Below, piece after piece: positions 8,357-19,179 of a stretch of 19,468 nt of DNA. A model generated the notes under the pieces. It had not been told where the DNA came from and made no database searches. It saw only the letters and a list, made by a program, of their open reading frames with translations. This DNA is from Paraspadella gotoi (lineage: Eukaryota; Animalia; Chaetognatha), in the NCBI GenBank assembly GCA_051294375.1, contig CM119267.1:2726290-2745757 (forward strand), read 5' to 3'. How positions within the stretch are numbered: the first letter of the stretch is position 1; each line of letters opens with the position of its first letter. A program made the translations under genes and the position numbers.

Positions 8357-8436
8357 TCGAAAGAATCATATTCCATCTTTTTTCTCCCATTTAATCTCGT
8401 TTTCGTTAGATTATCTATTTCGTAATCGACCTGTAT

Positions 8437-8472
<36 letters not shown>

Positions 8473-8889
8473 NNNNNNNNNNNNNNNNNNNNNNNNNGAG
8501 AGAGAGGAGAGAGAGAGAGAAGAGAGAGAGAGAAAGAGAGAGAGAGAGGAGAGAATGAGAGAGGTAGGACGAGAGAGCAGACGTTAGAGAGAGAGATGGA
8601 GAGAGGAGAGAGACGATGAGTTCGCTTGACTCCAACGTTTAGATTTAGTGCTCAATTATTCGTCAATTACCAGATCAAATGCCGCAAAGGCGTGTCTCTC
8701 TCCTCTTCCATGAATAACGAGTGAGAGGATTAGGTTCCTTGCAAATGCAGGTATTTCTTCATGGGATTCTATTTCAGTCGAGAGCGAGAGAGAGCAGAGA
8801 GAGAAGAGAGAAGAGAGAGACGGAGAGAGATGAGAGAGGAGAAGAGAGAGAGGAGAGATGATGACTTTTTGATGAGAGAGAGATGAGAG

Positions 8890-9260
8890 GGGAGACAATA
8901 CATCGTGTCGTTTACGAATAGATAATCTAACGAAAACGAGGATTTATAATGCGTAGAGAAAAAGATGTGAATATGATTTCTTCGATTCGATGCCACTCAG
9001 CCTGATTATGTATCGTCTGGATAGACTATGCCTGATAACTATTTCCTCAATAACTATGCCTATATAGAATATGCCTGAAACTCTGCTTTAATTCCGTACG
9101 CGGCTAACCTGACGATTCTGATGCCATTTCCCCAATCAGATAACGCCACTTTACTAACGAAATTCCGAGATGGATTACAAACAACGCCCTTTCATATGCA
9201 TTTTCCACGCAATTGCTTCAGTATTTCGACGCCCCTGCGTGATTTGCAGTAATTCTGTCC
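8890..9260 (-). repeat. Indel-rich inverted copy of 8106-8445 (likely assembly artefact)
   Basis: Reverse complement matches throughout, e.g. CGCAATTGCTTCAGTATTTCGACGCCCCTGCGTGAT vs ATCACGCAGGGGCGTCGAAATACTGAAGCAATTGCG. Differences are mostly 1-2 nt indels; the partner lies between two 25-N gaps. Confidence 0.85.
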
Positions 9261-9349
9261 TCCCCATGGCAACCCAATTGCTTAGCAACCGATGTTGTCA
9301 AAGTACAGAGAAGCTGTTCATATGGATTTCGCCAGCAATATGTAGCAAA

Positions 9350-9492
9350 TAACAGAGTTATAGGATTGAAAACGTAAGTAGAAATACCGACAGATACTGA
9401 ATACTGACAGACAGACAGACAGACAGACAGATAGACAAATAGACAGATAAAGACAGAGAGTTCCTCCGCGAGTACTCGCGCGCAACTAAAAA
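9350..9492 (+). mobile_element. 3' part of HINE/DINE-1-like element
   Basis: GAGTTATA, (GACA)n tract 9406-9455, then AGTTCCTCCGCGAGTACTCGCGCGCAACT (9459-9487) and A-run; same terminus as 4719-4753. Confidence 0.6.
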
Positions 9493-9817
9493 GAATTACA
9501 ATTTAACTTAAAATATTTAATTCGACAAAGTCACTTCTCTGGGCGACCGAACGTCAAATAACAAATACCGTAATTTCTACTGCGGCCGAAGCTGATGCCG
9601 TGATTAATTTACCCGCTAATCGGTAATAATTAATCACGATTGTCAATTTTTATCAAAGCTACGATTCGAATCAAAATCATAAAAGTTGACTTTTTTTACA
9701 TAATTTTTTCTTAAACGGAATTGGAAATCTAATCTGTTTGAAATATTCGACCGTAAAATCGAAAGTGAAGCCTGGCGCCTGAGGTTCTAATAGAGGGGGG
9801 AAAAAGAGAGAGAGATT

Positions 9818-9819
9818 GA

Positions 9820-9915
<96 letters not shown>

Positions 9916-9916
9916 A
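9818..9916. repeat. (GAAA)n tetranucleotide microsatellite
   Basis: About 24 perfect GAAA units. Confidence 0.98.
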
Positions 9917-10232
9917 GAAATATAGAATGATAGAAAGAAAGAATAGAAAAGATAAAAACAGAAAAGCAAAATGCAGTCTTCGAATCGAGTCGCGGCATTA
10001 ATTTACTGATTTAATATGGCAATAAATTTTAAAAGTAATAAATAAATTGATCGCAGCAAAGTAACAAAATGATTTTTGACGCCGTGAAATCATTTCTCGG
10101 CTTTTTTGGAACGAAATTACTTTTCTTCAAAAACTTCACCTCCGCCGAAATACGAATTCAGAGTCCAAGATCGATTTTCCTTTTTTAAGTCAAAGAATTA
10201 AATCATTTTTTTTATTTTTTAGCCTCAAATTT

Positions 10233-10345
10233 GCAATACAATTCAATGGAATGCAATTGAATTCAATGCAATACAATGCAATACAATACAATTCAACGCG
10301 ATGCAACAAAAAGCAATGCGATAGAATTCCATGCAACGCGATGCC
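10233..10345. repeat. Degenerate (CAATN)n pentanucleotide repeat
   Basis: CAATA/CAATT/CAATG/CAACG units in 5-nt phase. Confidence 0.8.
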
Positions 10346-11448
10346 TGCCGCATGCAACCCGATTTACCAAGTTGATAAAATACTTTTCTTTCCTCGAGTG
10401 TTTCGATTTAAGGGACCAAGTGAACAGGGGGGGGAAAAAGCTTGAAAACATACGTTTGACCCTTTAACTTAAGCTGGTTCTGACCATATAATTTTTTCTT
10501 TCTATAATCATTTGGAAAGTAGTTAAAAAATCGATAAAATCAGCCAGCTTTATTTTCTTTAAAAAATCGGTAAGAAGAAAACTTTCAAGTTTAAAATTTT
10601 TTTTTCCAAAAAGAGTAAGATCTAATTTTTAAAAGATTTTCAGCTTTTATCATAAAATTTTATAAGAAAAAAAAACTAGGAATGAATCAAAATTTAAGTA
10701 TCGACTGAATTTTTTTAAACTTTCTTTTCAAATGATTCTGTTAATTGATTGAAAATAAAACTCTTTGAAGTAATATAAATATAAAAAGAAGAGAAAATTC
10801 TTACTTTGCTAAATTTTTAATTGTTATAATTAGGATCAATATAGTTTAATAATACATTTAAGGGATAATATGAATATAATTAATATTATTACAGTTGTGT
10901 TTCTCTACGAATAGAATTTAGGTTTGATTTGTCTGCTTTTAAGTAAATATAAAATATAAAAATATTAGTTTTGTTAAGCCTTTTGTTCAAATTGAGGCTT
11001 AAACCTAAAAATTGGTAGCTTTGTACAGTAAAAAATAAAAAATTGGATTTAGTAAAAAATACTTTCTAATGCAAAAATAAAATAATGGATTATATAAATA
11101 TTTAGTAGGGTCAACTAAATGTTTTTTTTCATAATTCATTAAATTTTTGTTTCCGCTACAATAAGAGATAAGGAATTTTTTTTTGCCACTTTCCCGTGCA
11201 AAGAAAAATTAATGACTATCACCATTCAAATTCCTTTGATGATAGACCCTTAAGCTTATATATCATTTTTATCACTGGTCCCCTAACAAAGTCAAACATT
11301 TTCTACTCGAGTTTTTTTCACAATCGAATGAATAAAAAAAGAAAAAAAGAAGAAAAAAATTTGAAAAATTCCAAACTTTTTTTGCATCTTTGTCTCTTTT
11401 GCTTCTTTGGCGTCAGAGGATAATTGTCTCTCTCTTCTATCTTCTCGA

Positions 11449-11795
11449 AATTGGGGAAATGTGGAATGAGGGGATAAAGGGGGAAAGGGTGAGGGGAACA
11501 ATCGGCAGAAGAAATAGGGGATCAGGGGATAAAGGGAAAACAAATTAGGGGAATGATCGTCGGAAGAAATGGGGGGATGTGGGAATATAGGGGGAATGGG
11601 CAAATTGGCATAATGGGGACATCATGGGATAAAAGGGAACAGGGTTAGGGGACCAATCGTCGGAAGGAATAAAAGTGGATCTGGGGATAAAATGGAAAAG
11701 AGTGAGGGGACCGATTGGCAGAAATAGTGGGGGATAAATGGGATAGAGGGGAAAAGAATGAAGGGACCAATCAGTGGAAAAAAATGGGGAAGATG
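11449..11795 (+). repeat. G-run-rich degenerate ~55-60-bp minisatellite
   Basis: Recurring GGGGATAAAGGG...AGGGGACCAATCG.C.GAA unit, about 5-6 copies. Confidence 0.75.
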
Positions 11796-11849
11796 AGAGA
11801 ATCTTTTCTACCTTTAATCTCTCTCATTCCCCTTTACATTTTTCACTTC

Positions 11850-12436
11850 CACCCTTTCTCCCTGTCTTCTTCCCCCTCTCTCGCCTCTCCCTCTCCCTCT
11901 CTCCTCTTTCCCTCTCTTCTCCCCTCTCCCCTCCCTCTCTCCCTTTCCCTCTCTTTCTCCCTCTCTCTCTCCCTCTCCCTCTTCTCCTTTCCCTCTCTTC
12001 TCCCTCTCTCCCTCTCTCCCTCTCTCCCTTTCCTCTCTCTCCCCCTCTCTCCCTCTCCCTCTCTCCTTTCCCTCTCTTTTCCCCTCTCCCTCTCCCTCTC
12101 TCCCTCTTCTTCTTCTCCCCTCTCTCCCTCTCTCCCTTTCCCTCTCCTTCTCCCCTCTCTCCCCTCCCTCTCTCTCCCTTTCCCTCTCTTTCCCCCTCTC
12201 CCCTCTCTCCCTCTCCTCTTTCCCACTCTTCTCCCCCTCTCCCCCTCCCTCCCTTTCCCACTTCTCCCCTTCTCCCCCTCTCCCCCTCCCTCTCTCTCTT
12301 TCCCTCTATTCTCCCCTCTCTCCCTCTCCCTCTCTCCCTTTCCCTCACTTCTCCCTCTCTCTCCTCTCCCTCTCTCCCTTTCCCTCTCTTCTCCCTCCTC
12401 TCCCTTTCCCTCTCTTCTCCCCCCCCTTCTCTCCCT
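11850..12436. repeat. ~590-bp nearly pure polypyrimidine (CCCTCT/CTT) tract
   Basis: Almost exclusively C/T; source of the Ser/Pro/Leu and Arg/Glu/Gly ORFs at 11715-12455. Confidence 0.95.
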
Positions 12437-12541
12437 CGGGGATAATTGTTTATAAATCCTTATTCGGAAAGGATTAGCTAAGGATATCAGCGGATGTAAG
12501 AAGTTGATTATTTAGCGACTTTCAGGCGACGGACTTGGAAG

Positions 12542-12542
12542 A

Positions 12543-12575
<33 letters not shown>

Positions 12576-12737
12576 TGATGATTAATGATATGGATGATGA
12601 TGATGTGATGATGATGTTGATGATGATGATGACGACGACGAAGCGCATATCGTTATCATCACCATGACACCATTAATATTTCTCTCGATGGTGATGATTA
12701 AACTTTGACGACGATGATGATGATAATGAATGATGAT
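12542..12737. repeat. Interrupted (GAT)n/(GAC)n microsatellite
   Basis: GAT runs at about 12543-12630 and 12712-12737, with GAC units. Confidence 0.9.
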
Positions 12738-12773
12738 AGAAGAGAGAGAGACAGAAAATGATGGAATGAACTA

Positions 12774-12900
12774 TTTTTAGTTGCGCCGCGAGTACTCAAT
12801 GGGCAACTTTTTGATCTGTCGGTCGTGTCGGTCTATCCCGCTACGTTTCAAAATTTCGGAAATATCTAAAGTTTTTAACCATGTCGGCTAATCTCGCCTC
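12774..12900 (-). mobile_element. Minus-strand terminus of the same HINE-like family
   Basis: TTTTT-AGTTGCGCCGCGAGTACTCAATGGGCAACT (12779-12808), followed by CTGTCGGTCGTGTCGGTC, the reverse complement of the GACCGACA tract. Confidence 0.6.
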
Positions 12901-13076
12901 TGGTATAAAAATCGTTCATAACATTTCATTTAAATTATTCATTTAATTGACGCCAATTTGGTAACTTTTTTTTTTATCTAATGGCGCCAGACGTTTTTTT
13001 GAGACGCTTAAAATGGAATCATTGCGTCAACAATTTGACACGAATCTTCCGACGATTTCTTCAACGAAAAGAAGAA

Positions 13077-13136
<60 letters not shown>
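13077..13136. repeat. (ACG)20 microsatellite
   Basis: Perfect ACG run; poly-T/poly-V in the ORF track. Confidence 0.98.
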
Positions 13137-13137
<1 letters not shown>

Positions 13138-13342
13138 ACGAGAGAAAAAATGTTGGGTTTTTATGTTTGAGGATTAAGCGAAGGATAAAACGAAGAAGAG
13201 TTTGTGTGTTTGGGGAATTTTTCACTGATTGGAAAATTCGGAAGAAGCAAAACCAAATTCTCATTTTTTTTTCCTTTTTTTTCTTTCTATTTTATTTTTT
13301 TTCATTTTTTCGCTGAATTGAATAGTTTTTCGATCGAGACGC

Positions 13343-13570
13343 GAATCGCTTTTTCGAGCGAGAATTGCTTTTCGAGGAGAATTGCTTTTTCGAGCGAAAA
13401 TTGCTTTTTCGAGCAGAATTGCTTTTTCGAGCGAGAATTGCTTTTTCAATTAAATTGCTTTTTCGAGCGAGAATTGCTTTTTCGAATAGGAATTGCTTTT
13501 TCTGAGCGAAGAATTGCTTTTTCAAGTAGGAATTGCTTTTTCAAGCGAGAATTGATTTTTCGAGCGAGAA
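13343..13570. repeat. 19-bp minisatellite, about 12 copies
   Basis: Consensus GAATTGCTTTTTCGAGCGA; units 17-21 nt, with a conserved AATTGCTTTTTC core. Confidence 0.95.
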
Positions 13571-14580
13571 ATACTTTACAAATAGCAGGGGTAAAAGGGC
13601 GAATGCTTTTTTCCTTATAGAACCGCTTTTAATTGCCTCACAAGTAAGAGAGTAAAAGTAAAACACAGAGTTTCTTACGTAATAATAAATCTAAAAATAG
13701 AGTTGGCTTCCATTGCGAATTAGAAACTATTATATTAATATTGCTTTCAAAATGTTTGTTTTTCTTGAATTTTTTTTTTTTGATGTAAATCATATATTTG
13801 ATAAACATCGTCATTAAGACTAAGTATTAATCTTAATTTTAAGAATTCTTCACAATTTTAAACATCTCGTAATATTTTGTTCTGATTTACATTAGTATGT
13901 TTCACTTTCTTAATTTGCTTTATTTATTTTTTTGTTTTAAGTCACGTCCAAAAAAAAGTAGTTTTAATGTTTGAAATTCCGAAAATAATCAGAGAGAGAA
14001 AAGTGTCTCTTGACTTTTTAGGCGACTTTTCTGTTGAGTTAAAAACATTAGTCGCCTTTTGTTTGTACAAATCAAATAGGAAAACGATTGTAAATGTTAA
14101 TTAGGTGTTTTATTCGTATCAGATTATGATGCAGATGCAAACAAATATATAAAAAAATATATAAGTAAAGCAAGACGGAGACATGTATATAATGAAATAA
14201 TTGTATATGGTTTCTCAAACTTCATTTTTTGTTAATAAATGTAATCTGGATACCAAAAAGATCCGTGAAGAGTGAGAATACTTTGCCATCTGTTCCATCC
14301 AAAAATTTCAATGCTATATACTGTATACATATGTCTTTAAAAATAAACTTCACATTCATAAGTTGGTCGTGAAACACAGTTATAATAGAACAGAACAGAT
14401 CAGTTACAAAAGTACAGGTTCTTTTTGTTTTTTTAATTAGATTATATGTACGAATTAAAAATAATATAACAAAATATCAAATAGCACTTATTAACAATCA
14501 ATATATATCATGTTTTGAAAAGTTTATTTTTTTGAGATGCAATTTTAAAACTCGACGCATCTTCACATTTGCTCCTCGAT

Positions 14581-14583
<3 letters not shown>

Positions 14584-14615
<32 letters not shown>
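14584..14615. repeat. (GA)n microsatellite
   Basis: Perfect AG run. Confidence 0.95.
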
Positions 14616-14619
<4 letters not shown>

Positions 14620-14897
14620 GGGGGTGGTTTGTGGTTTTACACTTGGTCTTGTTTCTCTTGTTGACTCGAGGATTCCCGTTTTCTTCTTCATTCTATTTCT
14701 TTTTTCTTTTTTTTCTTCTTTTTTACTCTCGGGTTTTTTCTTTTCTTGTTTTTGTTGTTGACTAAAGGATTTGTTTATGTGTCCTTCTTAGCTTCTGCAG
14801 GCGTCCAAGAGATTTGAAGTGAAACAACCGAGCGAAAGTCTACACCCAATTTCACTTCCTCACTTGAATTTCTTTCAGTTTTTTCTTTTTTATTATT

Positions 14898-14933
<36 letters not shown>

Positions 14934-15239
14934 TTATTTTCATTTATTTCATTCACTTTTTTCTTTCTTTCTTTAATTTTTTTCATTTAGTCATTAATGT
15001 ATTTTTTTTAATTCTTTTTCTTTCAATTTATCTTTGATTTTTTTTTTTAATTATTCAGTTTTTTTAAATTTCTTTCTTTCTTTCTTTTAATTATTTAATT
15101 TCTTTTTTTTTCTATCCACTGAAATATGATAATATGTCTAACATATAATTGGATTTTTTTATTCTAGCCGCTTATTAACAAAAACCATTTAAAATAAATC
15201 ACAGAAGAAAAAATAACTGAAAACAGAATTATTAAAAGT

Positions 15240-15895
15240 TAAAAGAGAAAAAAGGCAAAGAGAAAGCTGAGGGAAAAAGGAAAAGTGAGAGAAGAGAGAA
15301 AGAAAGCAAAAGTAGAGAAAAGAGAAAAAAGCAAAGGAGAGAAAAAAGAAAAAGCAAGAGAAAGCAAGAGAAAAAAGCAAAGGGAAAGAATAGAAAAAAA
15401 AAGAGAGAGAAAAGAGAATAAAAGCAATGAAAAAGAATAGATAAAAAATCAGAGGGAGCGAAAAGAAAAAAAAGGAAAGAGAGAGAAAAGAGAAAAAAAC
15501 AAAGGAAGAAAAGCTTAAAAAAAGCAAAGGAAGAGAAGAGAAAAAAAGCATAGGGAGAGAAAAGGAAAAAAAAGAAAAAGGAGAGAAAAGAGAAAAAAGT
15601 AAAAAAAGCAAAGAAAAAGAAGAGAAAAAAAGCATAGGGAGAAAAAAGAGAAAAAAAGCAAAAAGGAGAGAAAAGAGAAAAAAGTAATCTAAAAGAAGAG
15701 AAAAAAAGCATAGGGAAAGAAAAGAGAAAAAAGCAAAGGGAGAGAAAAGAGAAAAAAGCAAAGGGAGAGAAAAGACAAAAAAGAAAAGAAAAGAAGAGAA
15801 AAAAGCAAAGAAAGAGAGGAAAAAAAAGCAAAAGAAGAGAAAAGAGAAAAAAAGCAAAGAAGAGAAAAAAAGCAAAGAAGAGAAAAAAGCAAAAG
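15240..15895. repeat. Purine-rich ~25-bp degenerate minisatellite
   Basis: Unit like AAAAGAGAAAAAAGCAAAGGGAGAG, with about 20 AAAGCA cores. Confidence 0.85.
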
Positions 15896-15968
15896 GTGTG
15901 AAAGTGGGAAGAAAAAATCTACTAGACGGGTTGAAGGTTTCATTTTCTCGAGTTCAAAGCCGCCTCAC

Positions 15969-16010
15969 CAGGTAACGTCGGCGACAAAAGGAGAATGTTA
16001 CGCGTTCCAT
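15969..16010 (-). CDS. Candidate 42-nt cassette exon of an unidentified minus-strand gene
   Basis: Minus strand: CCTCGCAG | ATGGAACGCGTAACATTCTCCTTTTGTCGCCGACGTTACCTG | GTGAGG. Length divisible by 3; two open frames (MERVTFSFCRRRYL or xGTRNILLLSPTLPx). Pyrimidine-rich acceptor TTTTGTCCCTCGCAG visible in the duplicate near 17467-17481. No homology recognised. Confidence 0.25.
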
Positions 16011-16020
16011 CTGCGAGGCA

Positions 16021-16517
16021 TTCTTTTCTCCTTTTTTCCAAAATTTTTTTTATCTTTTGATTTTTTTTTAAATTATTTTCAGTTTTTTTTTTTTTAAAAA
16101 ATTTCTTTCTTTTCTTTTCCCTTTTTAATTATTTTAATCTTCTTTTTTTTTTTCTTATTTTTCCCCACTTTTGAAAATATTAATAAATTATGTCTTGAAA
16201 CATATTAAAAATTTTTGGAATTTTTTTATTTTTCTTTTCTAAGCCGCTTATTTAAAAAAACAAAAAAAAAAAAAAAAAAAAAAAAAAAACCATTTAAACT
16301 TTTTCTTATAAAAAAAAAAAAAAAAAAATTAAAAAATCCACAGGGAAGGAAAAAAAATAAAACGGGAAAAAAACAGAATTTAATTAAAAGTCTTTATAAG
16401 AGCAAAAAAAAAGGGGGGCAAAGAAACAAGAAAGGGGGGAAAAAGCTTTAAGGAGAAAAAAAAAAAAAAAAAAAAACAAAAAAGGAAAAAAAACAAAAAA
16501 AAAGAAAAAAACAAACG

Positions 16518-16564
<47 letters not shown>

Positions 16565-16690
16565 AAAATAAAAAAAAAAGGGAAAAAAGTGAGGGGAGGA
16601 AGAGAGCGAAAAGGAAAAAGGCAAAAGTTAAGAGAAAAAGAGGAAAAAAAAAAGCAAAGCTGAGAGAGGGGAAAGAAAAAAAAAAAAAGA

Positions 16691-16741
<51 letters not shown>

Positions 16742-17883
16742 AAAAGCAAAGGAGGAAAGCCAAGAGAAGAAAAAAAAGCCAAAGCGAAAGAAGGGAAAAA
16801 CGTGGGAAGAGAATAGAAAAAAAAAAAAAAAGAGAGAGAAAAAGAGAATAAAAGCAATGAAAAAGAATAGATAAAAAATCAGAGGGAGCGAAAAGAAAAA
16901 AAAAGAAAGAGAGAGGAAAAAGAGAAAAAAACAAAGGAAGAAAAAGCTTAAAAAAAGCAAAGGAAAAGAGAAGAGAAAAAAAGCATAGGGAGAGAGAAAA
17001 GGAAAAAAGAAAAAGGAGAGAAAAGAGAAAAAAGTAAAAAAAGCAAAGAAAAAGAAGAGAAAAAAAAGCATAGGAGAAAAAAGAGAAAAAAAGAAAAAAA
17101 AAGGAGAGAAAAGAGAAAAAGTAATCTAAGAGAAGAGAAAAAAAAGCATAGGGAAAAGAAAAAGAGAAAAAAGCAAAGGGAGAGAAAAAGAGAAAAAAAG
17201 GCAAAGGGAGAGAAAAGACAAAAAAAGAAAAGAAAAGAAGAGAAAAAAAGCAAAAAAGAAAAAGAAGGAGGAAAAAAAGCAAAAAGAAGAAAAAGAGAAA
17301 AAAAAAGCAAAGAAGAGAAAAAAAGCAAAGAAGAGAAAAAAGCAAAAGGTGTGAAAGTGGGAAGAAAAAATCTACTAGACGGGTTGAAGGGTTTCATTTT
17401 CTCGAGTTCAAAGCCGCCTCACCAGGTAAACGTCGGCGACAAAAAGGAGAATGTTACGCGTTCCATCTGCGAGGGACAAAATTTTTGCGAATCTCCTTTT
17501 TGAGAGAAACTTTTACATGGAATCGCGGAAAAAACAAATGTTTTTCGCTTATGACACTCGCCACCGTGGTTGAGGGAGGGAGAGAGAGAGAGAGAGAGGA
17601 GAGAAGAGAGAGAGAGAGAGAGAGGAGGAGAGGAGGGGAGGGAGAGAGGAGAGGAGAGAGAAGAAAGAGAGAGAAGGAGCGAACGAAGGCAATTAAACAA
17701 AAAGGCGGATGGTTCTGGCGCCAAAACACAATTCGTTAGACAAAATGAAACAGTTTGCAGAAAAACGGGGGAAAAAATGTTATAATATTGGTCGAAAAGA
17801 CCGGGAAGAAAGGACCGAGAACCCGCCTTTTTTAAAAATTAGGAAGAGAGAGGGAGGAAGAGAGAGAGAGAGAGAGAGAGAGA

Positions 17884-17925
<42 letters not shown>

Positions 17926-18109
17926 AGAGGAGAGAGAGAGAGAGAGAGAGGCGCGCGCGCAGGGACCAGAGGAAATTTTCGTGGGGGGCGCCGGCGTCGA
18001 TGGCCCCGCGTCTTTGGACCGGAAAATCTTCAAAACCCAAGCAAGCAATCGGGGGGGGGAAACCAATTCAACGAAGGCAATAAGGCAAAATCCGGGGACC
18101 AATCAGCGA
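16021..18109 (+). other. Noisy redundant copy (raw long-read-like gap fill) of 15012-16020 and 18136-18660
   Basis: 16021-17475 repeats 15012-16020 with inflated homopolymers (CCACTTTTGAAAATATTAATAAATTATGTC vs CCACTGAAATATGATAATATGTC). 17476-18109 repeats 18136-18660. Ends at a 25-N gap. Confidence 0.88.
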
Positions 18110-18289
18110 NNNNNNNNNNNNNNNNNNNNNNNNNAGCAAATTTTTGCGAATCTCCTTTTGAGAGAAACTTTTACATGGAATCGCGGAAAAAACAAATGTT
18201 TTTCGCTTATGACACTCGCCACCTGTGAGGGGAGAGAAGAGAGAGAGAGGAGAGAGGGGAGAGAGAGAGAGAAGGAGAGAGAGAGAGAG

Positions 18290-18324
<35 letters not shown>

Positions 18325-18530
18325 CGAAGGCAATTAAACAAAAAGGCGGATGGTCTCTGGCGCCAAAACACAATTCGTTAGACAAAATGAAACAAGTTTG
18401 CAGAAAAACGGGGGAAAAAATGTTATAATATTGGTCGAAAAACCGGGAAAGAAGGACCGAGAACCGCCTTTTTTAAAAATTAGAGAGAGAGAGAGCGAGA
18501 GAGAGAGAGAGAGAGAGAGAGAAGAGAGAG

Positions 18531-18564
<34 letters not shown>

Positions 18565-19179
18565 GAGAGAGGAAGAGAGAGAGAGAGAGAGGCGCCGCCG
18601 CATTTGACCAGAGAAAAGCAAGCAATCAATCAAGCAACGAAGCAACCAGAACTCAACCAAGCAATCAAAAAAAACAAGTTTCCGATTCCTACATCAAACT
18701 TTAAAACGTATTTTTAATTTTTTTGTTCCGTTCTTATCATTTTGGTTGAGATCGAATCCACGATTGTCGATTCGTTTATTTAAACATAGGATGTTACTTT
18801 TCTCGGAAAAATATTTCTCTCTCCCTCTTTCTACGTTTTTGTTGACTTTGGAAGATTAAACTTTTTTTTCTTTCTTTGTTTCTTTTTTTCGTTTTCTTTT
18901 TCTTTCTTTTTTTTAGCGGCGGCGAAAGAAATTATAAATAAATTTTCTCTCTCGCGAAAAGAGATGAACGGACGATAATTGGTTTGCGTGAAAAAAAAAA
19001 GGTAAACGATAAATTAGAGCAGACGAAAATCGGTCGGGAATTTTTGGGGTTAAATAGTTTTAAATAGTTTGTTTGTTCATCTTGTCTTTTTTTTTATTTT
19101 ATGATGTTGAGGTGAGTTTTTTTTTCAAATGATAATCTTAATGATAATCGTAAATGTATCCTTATACTATATTTTCACT

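Noticed and set aside
11715-12455. Long ORFs (246, 223, 174 aa)
   Set aside because: Translations of a C/T simple-sequence tract; open in several frames only because stops cannot form.
13343-13570. CRISPR-like array
   Set aside because: Units are contiguous 17-21-nt repeats with no unique spacers; eukaryotic context, no cas genes.
15189-17397. Phe/Leu/Ser-rich ORFs up to 321 aa resembling membrane proteins
   Set aside because: Derived from an A/G-rich minisatellite and its noisy duplicate.
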